Source: an uncultured Gammaproteobacteria bacterium
GTDB lineage: Bacteria > Pseudomonadota > Gammaproteobacteria > Steroidobacterales > Steroidobacteraceae
Length of the DNA: 64,000 nucleotides
Assembly: GCA_963844595.1 (NCBI GenBank)
Contig: CAWJOW010000004.1
Location: 480,157 to 544,156, forward strand
Direction of reading: 5' to 3'
This document shows, piece after piece, positions 9,649-20,724 of this stretch (positions within the stretch are counted from its first letter, which is position 1; the number at the start of each line of letters is the position of its first letter). The notes beneath the pieces were generated by a model, which was not told the origin of the DNA, searched no databases, and saw nothing but the letters and a program-made list of their open reading frames with translations. Position numbers and translations under genes: made by a program.

Positions 9649-9946
9649 GGACTCAATGTTACCAACCTACCAAGTTACCCACAAGCCGGCCCCGCCAACT
9701 CCTCCGTGGGTCGATGAGCTGGTTGACAACCAGACTGGAGGCGCAGGCGACGCATCCGTCTCGGCGCCGGGTACCGGTGGTGGTGGCGGGCGGCCTGGGG
9801 CTCCTCGAGCGCGGCTTGCTGGCGGCCCAACTGGCTGCTCGCCTGGCGACGGGGCACCCGGCATTTCGGGCGTCGGGGCCTCGTGTACAGGGTCCCGGCT
9901 CCCGGCTAACCCACCGCGCGCCGGCTCTGCTCTAATGTGCGGTTGT

Positions 9947-12157
9947 ATGCAGCCCGCACGCGACATCACCGGCTACCGCAGGCACTGGGCCGAGCGCTTC
10001 GGCACGGCCCCGTTCCTGCCCATGTCGCGCGCGGAGATGGAGCTCCTCGGCTGGGACAGCTGTGACGTCATCATCGTCACCGGCGATGCCTACGTCGATC
10101 ACCCGAGTTTCGGCATGGCGATCATCGGACGGGTGCTCGAGGCACAGGGCTTCCGCGTCGGGATGATCGCCCAGCCTGACTGGCACAGCGCTGAAGCTTT
10201 CGCCGCACTCGGCCGACCGAATCTCTTCTTCGGCATCACCGCCGGCAACATGGACTCGATGGTGAATCGCTACACCGCTGAGCGGCGCGTGCGCAGCGAT
10301 GATGCCTACACGCCGGGCGGCGTGGGCGGCAAGCGCCCGGACCGGTCGGTGATCGTGTATGCACAGCGCGCGCGCGAGGCGTTCAAGGACGTGCCGATCG
10401 TCATCGGCGGCATCGAGGCCTCGCTGCGTCGCATCGCGCATTTCGACTACTGGTCCGAGAAGGTGCGCCGCTCGGTGCTGCTCGATGCCAAGGCGGATCT
10501 TCTGGTCTATGGCAACGGCGAGCGACAGATCTGCGAGCTCGCGCACCGTCTCGCGGCCGGCGAGGCGATCTCCGGGATCACCGACCTGCGCGGCACGGTG
10601 TTCGTGCGCCGCGGCGCCCCGGAGGGTTGGATCGAGATCGACTCGACGCACCTCGATGCGCCGGGGCCCCTCAATCCACCCGTCGATCCCTACGCGATGG
10701 CGGAACGCGCACCGAGCGCCGCGGTGCCCGCCGACGCGTCAGGCACTGCGGGAGCGGAGGCTGCGCCACCGGCACCGCCCTGCGCGGGCAGTGTGCCGGG
10801 CGCGCCAGGCGCCGAGCGGGTGGTGCGCTTCGTGCGCCGCGTAAAGAACGCCGATCGCGAGCGCAGCGTGATCCGCATGCCTTCCTGCGAGGCGGTCGCG
10901 GCCGATCCGGTGCTGTACGCACACGCGTCGCGCATCCTGCACCTCGAGTCCAACCCGGGTAACGCGCGCGCACTCGTGCAGCGCCACGGCGACACCGATG
11001 TCTGGCTCAACCCGCCGCCGATCCCGCTCACCACCAAGGAAATGGACTGGGTGTACGAGCGGGCGTACCGGCGAGCGCCGCATCCGTTCTATGGCGAGGC
11101 GAACATCCCCGCCTACAAGATGATCCGCTTCTCGGTCGCGATCCAGCGCGGCTGCTTCGGCGGCTGCACTTTCTGCTCGATCACCGAGCACGAGGGCCGC
11201 ATCATCCAGAGCCGGTCCGAGGATTCGGTGGTGCGCGAGATCGAGACGGTGCGCGATTCCGTGCCCGGATTCACCGGGGTCATCTCCGACCTCGGCGGCC
11301 CGACCGCCAACATGTACCGCCTCGCCTGCAAGAGCCGCGAAATCGAGAGCGCCTGCCGCCGGCCATCGTGCGTGTATCCCGGCATCTGCCCGAATCTCGA
11401 CACCGATCACACACCGCTCATCCGCCTGTACCAGCGGGCGCGCGCACTGCCGGGCATCAGGAAAGTGCTGATCGCTTCCGGCGTGCGCTATGACCTCGCG
11501 ATCGAGTCGCCCGAGTACGTGAAGGAGCTCGCCCAGCACCACACCGGCGGGTACCTCAAGATCGCGCCCGAGGCGCTCGCCGAAGGGCCGCTCTCGAAGA
11601 TGATGAAGCCGGGAGTCGCCGCCTTCGATCGCTTCAAGGCGCTGTTCGACCGTTACTCGAAGGAGGCCGGCAAGGAGCAGTACCTGATTCCGTACTTCAT
11701 CGCCGCGCACCCCGGCACGTCCGACGAGGACATGCTCGAGCTCGCGCTGTGGCTGAAGCGGAACGGTTTTCGGGCCGACCAGGTGCAGGCGTTCCTGCCC
11801 GGGCCGATGGCGACCGCTACCGCCATGTACCACTCGGGCAGGAACCCGTTGCGGCGCATCACGCGTACCAGCGAGGAGGTGCGCGTACCGAAGGGCCTGA
11901 AGATCCGCCGCCTGCACAAGGCGTTCCTGCGCTACCACGACCCCGCCAACTGGCCGGTGCTGCGCGAGGCGCTGCGCCGCATGGGACGCGCCGATCTGAT
12001 CGGCGGCGGCCGCCGGCATCTGATTCCGGCGTGGCAGCCGGCGACCGGGGCCTCCCGTCCGGGGCAGGCGTTGCTGCGGCCGTTCCGCACCCAGCACACC
12101 GGCCTGCCGCGGACGCCGCGCGCACCGCGCAGTCGCGGCCAATCCCGGCGCGGCTGA
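9947..12157 (+). CDS. ygiQ: YgiQ family radical SAM protein (UPF0313)
   Basis: [57 protein letters not shown] and the radical SAM cluster motif [10 protein letters not shown] are present. The start was chosen at the ATG at 9947; an alternative ATG is at 9935. Confidence 0.85.
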   Translation: MQPARDITGYRRHWAERFGTAPFLPMSRAEMELLGWDSCDVIIVTGDAYVDHPSFGMAIIGRVLEAQGFRVGMIAQPDWHSAEAFAALGRPNLFFGITAGNMDSMVNRYTAERRVRSDDAYTPGGVGGKRPDRSVIVYAQRAREAFKDVPIVIGGIEASLRRIAHFDYWSEKVRRSVLLDAKADLLVYGNGERQICELAHRLAAGEAISGITDLRGTVFVRRGAPEGWIEIDSTHLDAPGPLNPPVDPYAMAERAPSAAVPADASGTAGAEAAPPAPPCAGSVPGAPGAERVVRFVRRVKNADRERSVIRMPSCEAVAADPVLYAHASRILHLESNPGNARALVQRHGDTDVWLNPPPIPLTTKEMDWVYERAYRRAPHPFYGEANIPAYKMIRFSVAIQRGCFGGCTFCSITEHEGRIIQSRSEDSVVREIETVRDSVPGFTGVISDLGGPTANMYRLACKSREIESACRRPSCVYPGICPNLDTDHTPLIRLYQRARALPGIRKVLIASGVRYDLAIESPEYVKELAQHHTGGYLKIAPEALAEGPLSKMMKPGVAAFDRFKALFDRYSKEAGKEQYLIPYFIAAHPGTSDEDMLELALWLKRNGFRADQVQAFLPGPMATATAMYHSGRNPLRRITRTSEEVRVPKGLKIRRLHKAFLRYHDPANWPVLREALRRMGRADLIGGGRRHLIPAWQPATGASRPGQALLRPFRTQHTGLPRTPRAPRSRGQSRRG

Positions 12158-12194
12158 CGGCCGCCCGCGGGCATGCTGGCGCCCCGGCGCCGCC

Positions 12195-12219
12195 TATATA
12201 CTATACCCCCCACCCTATT
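12195..12219. promoter_or_regulatory. RcnR/DmeR (CsoR-family)-type operator candidate: AT-rich arms around a C6 tract
   Basis: The sequence TATATACTATACCCCCCACCCTATT lies 20-45 nt upstream of the rcnA start and is flanked by GGCGCC-rich inverted repeats (12178-12190 and 12222-12233). It resembles the TACT-G6-N-AGTA type operators recalled for RcnR-like repressors. Confidence 0.4.
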
Positions 12220-12238
12220 CAGGCGCCGGCGCCTTGTC

Positions 12239-13396
12239 ATGACGAATTTCGTCACGCTGCTGCAGCAGGGCAATTCGTGGCTGTTCGTGCCGAGCGCGAT
12301 CCTGCTCGGCGCGCTGCACGGACTCGAGCCCGGGCATTCCAAGACCATGATGGCCGCCTTCATCGTCGCGATCCGCGGGACGCTGGCGCAGGCGGTGCTG
12401 CTCGGGCTCTCCGCCACGGTCTCGCACACCGTCATCGTGTGGCTGATCGCGCTTGGCGGGCTGTATTTCGGCCGGCAATGGAACACGGAGGCGACCGAAC
12501 CTTACTTCCAGGTGGCCTCCGCCGTACTGATCGTGGCCGTGGCCGCCTGGATGCTCTGGCGCACGCGGCAGCTCGCTGCCGAGGAGCGCTCTCATGCGCT
12601 CACCCATGACGCACGCCAGCATGGGCACCATCACGTTCACGAGCCCCACGGCGATGAGCAGGATGTGGGGCGGCAGATCGATACCGGACACGGTGTCGTG
12701 CGGCTGCGGCTCTTCGAGCAGAGGGTGCCGCCGCGGTTCCGCCTGCATTCGGAGAGCGGCCACGAGTGGCCGGCCAACGAGGTGCACGTCGAGACCGAGC
12801 GCGCTGACGGCAGGCGTCAGACGTTCGCGTTTCGCAGGCATGGCGGCTATCTCGAGTCGGTCGAGGTGGTCCCCGAGCCCCATGAGTTCATTGCGCGGCT
12901 GCGCCTCGGGGAACGGCAGCACAGCCATGATTTCGACGTCGAGTTCGTCGAGCATGCACATCGTCATGCGGTCGCTGGCTACGCCGGACTCGATCTGACG
13001 GCGCCCGGCTATCAGGATCCGCACGAGCTGGCGCACGCCAACGACATCCGCCGGCGTTTCGGCAACCGCAACGTCACTACCGGGCAGATCGTGCTATTCG
13101 GGGTCACCGGCGGGCTGATCCCCTGTCCCGCATCGATCACCGTGCTGCTGCTGTGTCTGCAGTTGAAGCGTCTGGTGCTGGGCGCCACTCTGGTGGTGTG
13201 CTTCAGCGTCGGGTTGGCGGTCACCATGGTTACCTCGGGCGCGCTCGCGGCTCTGAGCGTGCAGCATGTCGCGCGGCGTTTCCGCGGCTTTGGCGAGCTT
13301 GCCCGCCGGGCGCCCTACGTATCCGGCGCCGTGATCCTGCTGGTCGGCTTGTATCTTGGCTATCAGGGATTGCAGGGCCTGCACGCGCTGTCGTGA
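12239..13396 (+). CDS. rcnA: nickel/cobalt efflux transporter RcnA family
   Basis: LGALHGLEPGHSKTMMAAF (the signature HxxEPGHSK motif), a central His-rich loop (HDARQHGHHHVHEPHGDEQD...) and C-terminal GGLIPCPASI are present. Confidence 0.8.
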   Translation: MTNFVTLLQQGNSWLFVPSAILLGALHGLEPGHSKTMMAAFIVAIRGTLAQAVLLGLSATVSHTVIVWLIALGGLYFGRQWNTEATEPYFQVASAVLIVAVAAWMLWRTRQLAAEERSHALTHDARQHGHHHVHEPHGDEQDVGRQIDTGHGVVRLRLFEQRVPPRFRLHSESGHEWPANEVHVETERADGRRQTFAFRRHGGYLESVEVVPEPHEFIARLRLGERQHSHDFDVEFVEHAHRHAVAGYAGLDLTAPGYQDPHELAHANDIRRRFGNRNVTTGQIVLFGVTGGLIPCPASITVLLLCLQLKRLVLGATLVVCFSVGLAVTMVTSGALAALSVQHVARRFRGFGELARRAPYVSGAVILLVGLYLGYQGLQGLHALS

Positions 13397-13463
13397 GCGG
13401 CGCGCCGCCCGCCGCCCCGGAGCGCGATTGCGGACGACGCCGGCCCGAGAGTAGGGTGGGCCC

Positions 13464-14921
13464 ATGAGAATGCCGGTGCGCCACGTGCTGACCGCGGTGC
13501 TGTTCACCGGCGCCGCCGCGCTCACGGCACGCACGGCGCAAGTGCCGGCAGTCCCCGCCGGCGCCCCGCCCGCGCCTGCAGGTACCGCAGTGGTCCTCGA
13601 GATCAACGGGGCGATCGGACCTGCCACGGCGCGTTATGTCGTACGCGGGCTCGAGGCGGCGGCCCGCGACGGCGCCCGGGTCGTAGTGCTGGAAATGGAC
13701 ACGCCGGGCGGCCTCGACAGCTCGATGCGCGACATCATCCGCGCGATTCTCGCCTCGCCCGTACCGGTGGTCACTTACGTGGCGCCCTCGGGCGCGCGCG
13801 CGGCGAGCGCCGGCACCTACATTCTCTACGCGAGTCACATCGCGGCCATGGCGCCGGCGACCAATCTCGGTGCCGCTACCCCCGTACAGATCGGCGGCGA
13901 GTCGCAACCGGTTCCCGCAGCACCGCCACTGCCCACGAGCCGCCCGGACCGGCCGCCGCAAAGCGGCAACACGCCGGCCGCAGGTCCGGCGGCGAGCGGC
14001 CCGGGACCGGAGAGCGGCGAGGCGCCGGAAGGTTCGACCGGCAGCGCCATGGAGCGCAAGGTCGTCAACGATGCAGTCGCCTATATCCGCGGGCTGGCGG
14101 AGCTGCGTGGCCGCAACGCCGACTGGGCCGAGCTGGCGGTGCGCGGGGCGGCGAGCCTGCCGGCAAGCGCCGCGCTCCGGCAGCGGGTGATCGAGGTGAT
14201 TGCGCCCGATCTGCCGGCACTGCTCGCGCAGATCGACGGCCGCGTGGTGCGCATCGGCGATCGCACGGTACATCTGGAGACGCGCAACCTCACCACGGTG
14301 GTGATGAAGCCCGACTGGCGCACCCAGCTCCTCGCGGTGATCACCAATCCGACCGTCGCCTACGGGCTGATGCTGATCGGCATCTGGGGACTGCTGCTCG
14401 AGGGGTACAATCCCGGCGCGGTGCTGCCCGGGGTGGCCGGCTCGATCTGCCTGCTGGTCGCGCTGTTCGCCTTCCAGATCCTGTCGGTGAACTACGCGGG
14501 CCTGGCACTCGTGGTGCTCGGCACGGCCATGATCATCGCCGAGTTCTTCTTCCCGACGTATGGCTCGCTGGGCCTGGGGGGGCTGGTTGCGTTCGTCATC
14601 GGCTCGCTCATCCTGTTCGACAGTGACGTGCCCGGCATGAACGTCGCGCGCCCGCTGATCGCAGCGCTCGCCACCGTCGGCGGCCTGCTGATTCTCGCCA
14701 TCGTGTACCTGGCCACCCGCTCGCTGCGCCAGCCGGTCGCCACGGGCCGGGAAGGCATGATCGGGGCTGCGGCCGAGGCAGTCACCGACTTCAACGGCCG
14801 CGGCCAGGTGCGCTACGGCGGGGAGCTGTGGAACGCCCGCAGCAGCGCGGCGCTGCGCGCGGGAGATGCGGCGCGCATCGTCAAGGTGGAAGGTCTAACA
14901 TTGTGGGTCGAGCCGCAGTAA
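13464..14921 (+). CDS. NfeD family membrane-bound ClpP-class serine protease
   Basis: A signal/TM segment is followed by [16 protein letters not shown]...[16 protein letters not shown]...[21 protein letters not shown], then TM helices and a C-terminal OB-like NfeD domain. It lies upstream of a stomatin gene, the classical pairing. Confidence 0.85.
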   Translation: MRMPVRHVLTAVLFTGAAALTARTAQVPAVPAGAPPAPAGTAVVLEINGAIGPATARYVVRGLEAAARDGARVVVLEMDTPGGLDSSMRDIIRAILASPVPVVTYVAPSGARAASAGTYILYASHIAAMAPATNLGAATPVQIGGESQPVPAAPPLPTSRPDRPPQSGNTPAAGPAASGPGPESGEAPEGSTGSAMERKVVNDAVAYIRGLAELRGRNADWAELAVRGAASLPASAALRQRVIEVIAPDLPALLAQIDGRVVRIGDRTVHLETRNLTTVVMKPDWRTQLLAVITNPTVAYGLMLIGIWGLLLEGYNPGAVLPGVAGSICLLVALFAFQILSVNYAGLALVVLGTAMIIAEFFFPTYGSLGLGGLVAFVIGSLILFDSDVPGMNVARPLIAALATVGGLLILAIVYLATRSLRQPVATGREGMIGAAAEAVTDFNGRGQVRYGGELWNARSSAALRAGDAARIVKVEGLTLWVEPQ

Positions 14922-14937
14922 CAAAGCGGGGTTTCGC

Positions 14938-15684
14938 ATGCCGTTTATCATCGCTCTCGTCATCCTGATCCTGGTGCTCCTGTTCAGCTCGCTGCACGTG
15001 CTGAACGAGTACGAGCGCGCCGTGATCTTCCAGCTCGGCCGGTTCGTCGGCATCCGCGGGCCCGGGCTCATCGTCGTCTGGCCGGTCGTGCAGCGCATGC
15101 GCAAAGTGGATCTGCGCGTCATCGTGCTGAGCGTGCCCAAGCAGGACGTGATCACGCGCGATAACGTGTCGGTGAAGGTGAATGCGGTCATCTACTTCCG
15201 CGTCGTCGATCCCGGCAAGGCCATCATCCAGGTGGCGAATGCCTTCGACGCCACCAGCCAAGTGGCGCAGACGACGCTGCGCTCGGTGGTCGGTCAGCAC
15301 GAGATGGACGACCTGCTGTCGCAGCGCGACAAGCTCAACGCCGACCTGCAGCGCATCCTCGACCAGAACACCGAGGCGTGGGGCATCAAGGTGTCGACGG
15401 TCGAGATCAAGGACGTGGATCTCGACGAGACCATGGTGCGGGCGATGGCCAAGCAGGCCGAGGCCGAGCGCACCCGCCGCGCCAAGATCATCAATGCCGA
15501 GGGGGAGAACCAGGCGGCGCAGGCGCTGGTCGAGGCGGCACAGAACCTGGCGCGCCAGCCCGCAGCGATGCAGCTGCGCTACCTGCAGACGCTCGCCGAC
15601 ATCGCCCACGAGCGCACGCAGCTGCTCGTGTTCCCGCTGCCGCTGGATCTGATAAAGCCCCTTCTCGACCGCAAAGGTGAATAG
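14938..15684 (+). CDS. SPFH/band-7 (stomatin/slipin) family protein
   Basis: [16 protein letters not shown]...GPGLIVVWP...[20 protein letters not shown] and the later [17 protein letters not shown] are canonical stomatin motifs. Confidence 0.9.
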   Translation: MPFIIALVILILVLLFSSLHVLNEYERAVIFQLGRFVGIRGPGLIVVWPVVQRMRKVDLRVIVLSVPKQDVITRDNVSVKVNAVIYFRVVDPGKAIIQVANAFDATSQVAQTTLRSVVGQHEMDDLLSQRDKLNADLQRILDQNTEAWGIKVSTVEIKDVDLDETMVRAMAKQAEAERTRRAKIINAEGENQAAQALVEAAQNLARQPAAMQLRYLQTLADIAHERTQLLVFPLPLDLIKPLLDRKGE

Positions 15685-16063
15685 CCGCCTGACGCTGGCC
15701 GTCGCGGGCGTGCTGCTCGCGCTGGGCGTGGCGCTGGGCGCCATCGGCATGCACGCGATGCGCGGGCGGCTCGCGGGTGAGTACTGGCTGCTGTACCAGA
15801 CGGCGCTCCACTACCAGTTCTACCAGGCGCCGGGGCTGCTGGGTGTGGGGCTCGTGCTGCGCGTGCGCGACGCGCGGCTGCTGCGGCTGGCCGCGGCGCT
15901 CATCACCGCCGGGATCGTGGCGTTCTCCGGGAGTCTCTACGCAGTGGCGCTCGGCGCTCCGCGCGCGCTCGACTGGCTGCCCCCGGTCGGCGGGTTGCTG
16001 CTGGTGGCCGGGTGGCTGGTGTTTGCGCTGGGTGTCTGGCGTCATTGGGAGAGGCAGGAGTGA
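15677..16063 (+). CDS. DUF423 (YgdD-like) small membrane protein
   Basis: It has four predicted TM helices and GAIGMHA...[16 protein letters not shown]...[11 protein letters not shown]. The start is GTG and overlaps the stomatin stop. Confidence 0.7.
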   Translation: MNSRLTLAVAGVLLALGVALGAIGMHAMRGRLAGEYWLLYQTALHYQFYQAPGLLGVGLVLRVRDARLLRLAAALITAGIVAFSGSLYAVALGAPRALDWLPPVGGLLLVAGWLVFALGVWRHWERQE

Positions 16064-16068
16064 ACGAT

Positions 16069-18126
16069 ATGCCAGGAAGGGTCGTTGCGGGCGCGATCGC
16101 GACGCTGACGGTGCTGGCCGCCGCCGGAACCCCCGGGGCGGTAGCGGTACCGGCGGCTTCGAGTCCCACGCACGCGCAGATCGGCGATTTCGGCATCGAT
16201 CTCGCCGCGCGCGACCTGAGCGTCAGGCCGGGCGACGACTTCTACCGGTACGCCAATGGCCACTGGCTCGACACCCACCGCATTCCGCCCGACCGCACGT
16301 CATGGGGCTCATTCCCGGAACTCCAGGAGCGCACCGAAGCGCAGCTGCGCGAGATCATCGAAGCGCTGCCACCCGATGCGCCGTCCGGCAGCATCGAGCA
16401 GAAGGTCGGCGACTACTACCGCGCCTATCTCGACACTGCGGCCATCGAGCAGCGCGGGCTCAAGCCCACGCAGCCGGCGCTCGAGGCAATCGCGGCGGCG
16501 CGCACCCATACGGACCTGGCACGGCTCATGGGCCGGCCCGATCTCGCGATCAAGTCGCCGCTGCGCGTGCTGATTACGCCCGACCAGAAGGACCCGGACC
16601 GCTACATCGTCGTAATCACGCAGAGCGGACTCGGCATGCCCGACCGCGATTACTACCTCAAGGACGACCCCGTGTATGCCGGGTTGCGCGCCAAGTACCA
16701 GGCGCACGTGGCACGGTTGCTCGAGCTCGCCGGCGATAGCGACTCGGCCGACGAGGCGCGCTCGATCGTCGAGCTTGAGACGCAGATCGCGCGGCTCCAC
16801 TGGCCGGCAGCCAAGCGGCGCGAGCGTGATCTGACCTACAACCTCAAGAGCCGCGCGGAGCTCGACCAGCTCGCCCCCGGTTTTGCCTGGACTGATCTGC
16901 TGGCCGCCGACGGGCTGTCCGGCCAACCGCAGTTCGTGGTGCGCGAGCTCGATGCGGTGCAAGGGCTCGAGCGGCTGTTCCTGAGCGTGCCGGTCGAGCG
17001 CTGGCGCCCCTACCTGAGGTATCACTACCTGGTAGGGGTCGCCGACGTGCTGCCGAAGGCGTTCGACGATGAGGTCTTCGACTTCTACGGACGCACCCTC
17101 AACGGCCAGCAGCAGCAGCGCGACCGCTGGAAGCGCGCCGTGGCGGCCGTCGATCGCGATCTGGGCGAGGCGGCCGGCCAGCTGTACGTGCAGCGTTATT
17201 TTCCGCCCGAGTCCAAGCGCAAGATGCTCGAGCTGGTCGAGAACCTGCGCGCCTCCTACCAGGAGCATATCCAGAATCTGCCGTGGATGACGGCGGCGAC
17301 GAAGAGGCTGGCGCTGGAGAAGCTCGCGGCGTTCCACCCGAAGATCGGCTATCCCGACAAGTGGCGTGACTATTCCGCTTTCGAGGTCCTCAAGGGTGAT
17401 GCCTTCGGCAACTCGGTGCGTGCCGCGGTGTTCGAATGGAACCGCCAGACCAAGCGCATGGGTGAGCCCACCGACCGCGGCGAATGGGGCATGACGCCGC
17501 AGACCATCAACGCCTATTACAACCCGACATTCAACGAGGTGGTGTTTCCCGCCGCGATCCTCCAGCCGCCGTTCTTCGATCCGGACGCCGACGCGGCGGT
17601 CAACTACGGCGGCATCGGCGGGGTGATCGGCCACGAGATGGGACACGGGTTCGACGATCAGGGCGCGAAGTCGGACGCGCGCGGGGTACTGCGCACCTGG
17701 TGGCTGCCCGAGGACACCGCGGCCTTCAAGGCGCGCACCGACAGCCTCGCCACGCAGTACGACGGTTACACGGTGCTGCCCGGACTCAACATCAACGGGC
17801 GGCTCACGCTCGGGGAGAACATCGGCGACCTCGGCGGTCTGTCGATCGCGTACGTCGCCTACCACCGCTCGCTCAGGGGCCACAAAGCCCGGGTGCTCGA
17901 CGGCCTGACGGGCGATCAGCGCTACTTCCTGGCCTGGGCGCAGGTGTGGCGCACGCTGACGCGCGATGAGCAGCTGCGCACCCTGGTGATGAGCAATCCG
18001 CACAGTCCGCCGCAGTTCCGTGTCAACGGCGTGGTGCGCAACATCGACGCCTGGTATCAGGCCTTCGACGTCAGGCCCGGTGACAAGCTCTATCTGCCGC
18101 CCGCGGAGCGCGTCCGCATCTGGTGA
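16069..18126 (+). CDS. M13 family zinc metallopeptidase (PepO / endothelin-converting-enzyme-like), secreted
   Basis: A signal peptide, DDFYRYANGHWL, NAYYNPTFNEVVFPAAILQPPFF, the zinc motif VIGHEMGHGFDDQG, GENIGDLGG and C-terminal PPQFRVNG...Y are present. Confidence 0.9.
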   Translation: MPGRVVAGAIATLTVLAAAGTPGAVAVPAASSPTHAQIGDFGIDLAARDLSVRPGDDFYRYANGHWLDTHRIPPDRTSWGSFPELQERTEAQLREIIEALPPDAPSGSIEQKVGDYYRAYLDTAAIEQRGLKPTQPALEAIAAARTHTDLARLMGRPDLAIKSPLRVLITPDQKDPDRYIVVITQSGLGMPDRDYYLKDDPVYAGLRAKYQAHVARLLELAGDSDSADEARSIVELETQIARLHWPAAKRRERDLTYNLKSRAELDQLAPGFAWTDLLAADGLSGQPQFVVRELDAVQGLERLFLSVPVERWRPYLRYHYLVGVADVLPKAFDDEVFDFYGRTLNGQQQQRDRWKRAVAAVDRDLGEAAGQLYVQRYFPPESKRKMLELVENLRASYQEHIQNLPWMTAATKRLALEKLAAFHPKIGYPDKWRDYSAFEVLKGDAFGNSVRAAVFEWNRQTKRMGEPTDRGEWGMTPQTINAYYNPTFNEVVFPAAILQPPFFDPDADAAVNYGGIGGVIGHEMGHGFDDQGAKSDARGVLRTWWLPEDTAAFKARTDSLATQYDGYTVLPGLNINGRLTLGENIGDLGGLSIAYVAYHRSLRGHKARVLDGLTGDQRYFLAWAQVWRTLTRDEQLRTLVMSNPHSPPQFRVNGVVRNIDAWYQAFDVRPGDKLYLPPAERVRIW

Positions 18127-20693
18127 CCCCCGGACTGCCGGTCGAGGCGGCGCTACCCGCACTGCGCGCGGCGCTCGGTGCGCGCGGCTCGGCCGTGCTC
18201 GAGGCGCCTCCGGGCGCCGGCAAGAGTACGGTCGTGCCGCTCGCACTGCTCGGCGAGGACTGGGCGGCGGGCAAGCGGTTCGTCATGCTCGAGCCGCGGC
18301 GCATCGCCGCGCGCGCTGTGGCGCGGCGCATGGCGGCGACCCTCGGTGAGGAGGTCGGCGGCACGGTCGGCTACCGTATGCGGCTTGATACGCGCGTCTC
18401 TCACGGCACGCGCCTCGAGGTCGTTACCCAGGGCGTCCTGACACGCATGCTGCAGCACGACCCGGCGCTCGAGGGGGTCGCGGCGGTGCTCTTCGACGAG
18501 TACCACGAACGCAGCCTCGAGGCGGACCTGGGTCTTGCGCTGTGCCTCGATGCACGCGCCCAGCTCGCGCCGGCTCTCAGGGTCCTCGTCATGTCAGCGA
18601 CGCTCGACGGTGCGGCCGTCGCCCGGCTCCTGGGAGGCGCACCCCTCGTGAGCGTCGCGGGCCAGAGTTTTCCGGTCGAGACGTATTACGCCGGCCGCGG
18701 CGCGCCGCTGCTTCCGGTGAGCGGCCGCGCGGGCGGGGCAGACGCGCCGGAGCAGTTCGTCGCGCGCCTCACGCGGCGCGCACTGCGCGAGGCGCCGGGC
18801 GACGTGCTGGTGTTCCTGCCGGGGGTGCGCGAGATCCGCCGCGTGCAGGCGCTGCTCGAGTCCGGGGCAGAGCCTCTGGCGCCCGACACGCAAGTACTGC
18901 CGCTGTTTGGTGACCTCACGGCCGCCGAGCAGGACGCCGCGCTGGCGCCGGCCGCCTCCGGCGCGCGCAAGATCGTGCTCGCGACCAACATCGCCGAGAC
19001 GAGCCTCACGCTGCCGGGGGTGCGCGTGGTGGTCGATTCGGGGCTGGCGCGCCGCGCGCGCTTCGACCCGGCGACCGGGATGGGGCGCCTCGAGACCGTG
19101 CGCATCTCGCGCGCGTCGGCCGAGCAGCGCCGCGGCCGCGCCGGGCGCCTCACCCCCGGGGTGTGCTATCGCGCCTGGAGCGAAGGTGCACAGGGCTCGC
19201 TCGCGCCGTTCACACCGCCTGAGATTGCGGAAGCCGACCTCGCGCCGCTCGCGCTGGACCTCGCCGAGTGGGGCGTGCGGGATGCGGAGTCGCTCGCGTG
19301 GCTCGATGCGCCGCCTGCGGCGATGCTGGCGCAGGCGCGCGAGCTCCTCATGCGGCTCGGCGCACTCGGCAGCGACGGCCGGGTCACCGCTCGCGGCCGC
19401 GGGATGGCGCGACTGCCGGTGCATCCGCGGCTCGCGCACATGCTGCTCAAAGCCTGCGATCTCGGCACCCTGCCGCTCGCCGCCCGGCTCGCCGCGCTCC
19501 TCTCCGAGCGCGACCTGCTGCGCGGTGGGGGCGGCGCCCGTGATGCGGACCTGCGCACGCGCCTCGAGCTCTTCGAGGAGCGCGGCGCGGCGCACGCCCG
19601 CGGGCGTGCCGACCGCGGGGGACTCGAGCAGGCACGGCGCGTCGCCGCGGATCTCGGGCGGCAGCTCTCCGGGGGAACGCCGCAGCGCGTACCGCGGGAG
19701 AGCGCCGCAGATCCCGGCACGCTGCTGGCATTCGCCTATCCCGACCGGATCGGACGCCGCCGCGCAGGCGGCGAGGGCCGCTTCACGCTCGCCAACGGTC
19801 GCGGCGCGGCGTTCGCCGCCCCGCAATCGCTCGCGCGGAGCGAATTCATCGTGGCCGTCGATGTGGACGACCGCGACCGGGATGCACGCATCCTGCTGGC
19901 AGCGCCTCTCGAGCGCGCGGCGTTGACGGCGCACTTCTCGGAGCGCATCCGGCAGGTCGATGCAGTGGCCTGGAGCGCACGCGAGCAGGCGGTGACTGCG
20001 CGGCGCACGCTCCTCTTCGATCAGCTGGTGCTGGAGGAGCAGCCGCTCGCGGAGCCCGAGCCGCAGGCCGTGCTGCACGCGATGCTCGCCGGCGTCGGCG
20101 AGCTCGGCATCGCGGCACTCCCCTGGGACCGGGACGCCCGTGATCTGCAGGCCCGCGTCGCGTTCCTGCGCGGCGCCGCAGTCGCGGGATCGCAGAGCCG
20201 GGGCGCGTGGCCCGATCTGACCGACGAGGCGCTCGCCGCCACGCTCGACACGTGGCTTGCGCCCTGGCTCGCCGGGGTGACACGCCGCGAGCAGCTGGCG
20301 CGCGTGCCACTGCCAAGGGCACTCGGCGCGCAGCTCAGCTTCGAGCAGCAGCGCGCGCTCGAGCGGGAGGCACCGACGCACCTGACGGTGCCGAGCGGCT
20401 CGCGCATCCGCATCGATTATCAGGGGGATGACGCCCCGGCGGTCGCAGTGCGCCTTCAGGAGGTGTTTGGGCTCGAGGCGAGCCCAAGGCTCGGACCCAA
20501 CCACGTGCCGGTTACGTTCCGGTTGCTCTCGCCGGCGCAGCGTCCGGTGCAGGTGACGCGCGACCTTGCGAGCTTCTGGCGCGGGGCCTACGCCGAGGTG
20601 CGCAGGCAGTTGCGCGGCCGCTATCCCAGGCACTACTGGCCGGAGAATCCGCTCGCCGCGCAGCCGGCACGCGGGGTACCACGCCGCCGCTGA
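18123..20693 (+). CDS. hrpB: ATP-dependent RNA helicase HrpB (DEAH box)
   Basis: Walker A PPGAGKST, DEYHERS, SATLD, TNIAETSLT..V..VVDSG, the QRRGRAGR motif and the long HrpB C-terminal domain are present. Confidence 0.9.
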   Translation: MTPGLPVEAALPALRAALGARGSAVLEAPPGAGKSTVVPLALLGEDWAAGKRFVMLEPRRIAARAVARRMAATLGEEVGGTVGYRMRLDTRVSHGTRLEVVTQGVLTRMLQHDPALEGVAAVLFDEYHERSLEADLGLALCLDARAQLAPALRVLVMSATLDGAAVARLLGGAPLVSVAGQSFPVETYYAGRGAPLLPVSGRAGGADAPEQFVARLTRRALREAPGDVLVFLPGVREIRRVQALLESGAEPLAPDTQVLPLFGDLTAAEQDAALAPAASGARKIVLATNIAETSLTLPGVRVVVDSGLARRARFDPATGMGRLETVRISRASAEQRRGRAGRLTPGVCYRAWSEGAQGSLAPFTPPEIAEADLAPLALDLAEWGVRDAESLAWLDAPPAAMLAQARELLMRLGALGSDGRVTARGRGMARLPVHPRLAHMLLKACDLGTLPLAARLAALLSERDLLRGGGGARDADLRTRLELFEERGAAHARGRADRGGLEQARRVAADLGRQLSGGTPQRVPRESAADPGTLLAFAYPDRIGRRRAGGEGRFTLANGRGAAFAAPQSLARSEFIVAVDVDDRDRDARILLAAPLERAALTAHFSERIRQVDAVAWSAREQAVTARRTLLFDQLVLEEQPLAEPEPQAVLHAMLAGVGELGIAALPWDRDARDLQARVAFLRGAAVAGSQSRGAWPDLTDEALAATLDTWLAPWLAGVTRREQLARVPLPRALGAQLSFEQQRALEREAPTHLTVPSGSRIRIDYQGDDAPAVAVRLQEVFGLEASPRLGPNHVPVTFRLLSPAQRPVQVTRDLASFWRGAYAEVRRQLRGRYPRHYWPENPLAAQPARGVPRRR

Positions 20694-20724
20694 CGGCGCG
20701 CCGCGGTCGGGTACACTCGGTCCA

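Noticed and set aside
9648-9947. ORFs in the 300-bp divergent spacer before ygiQ (9667..9969 -, 9714..9935 +)
   Set aside because: Their translations are Pro/Gly/Ala/Arg low-complexity, with no RBS and no motif. I treat this as a non-coding promoter region.
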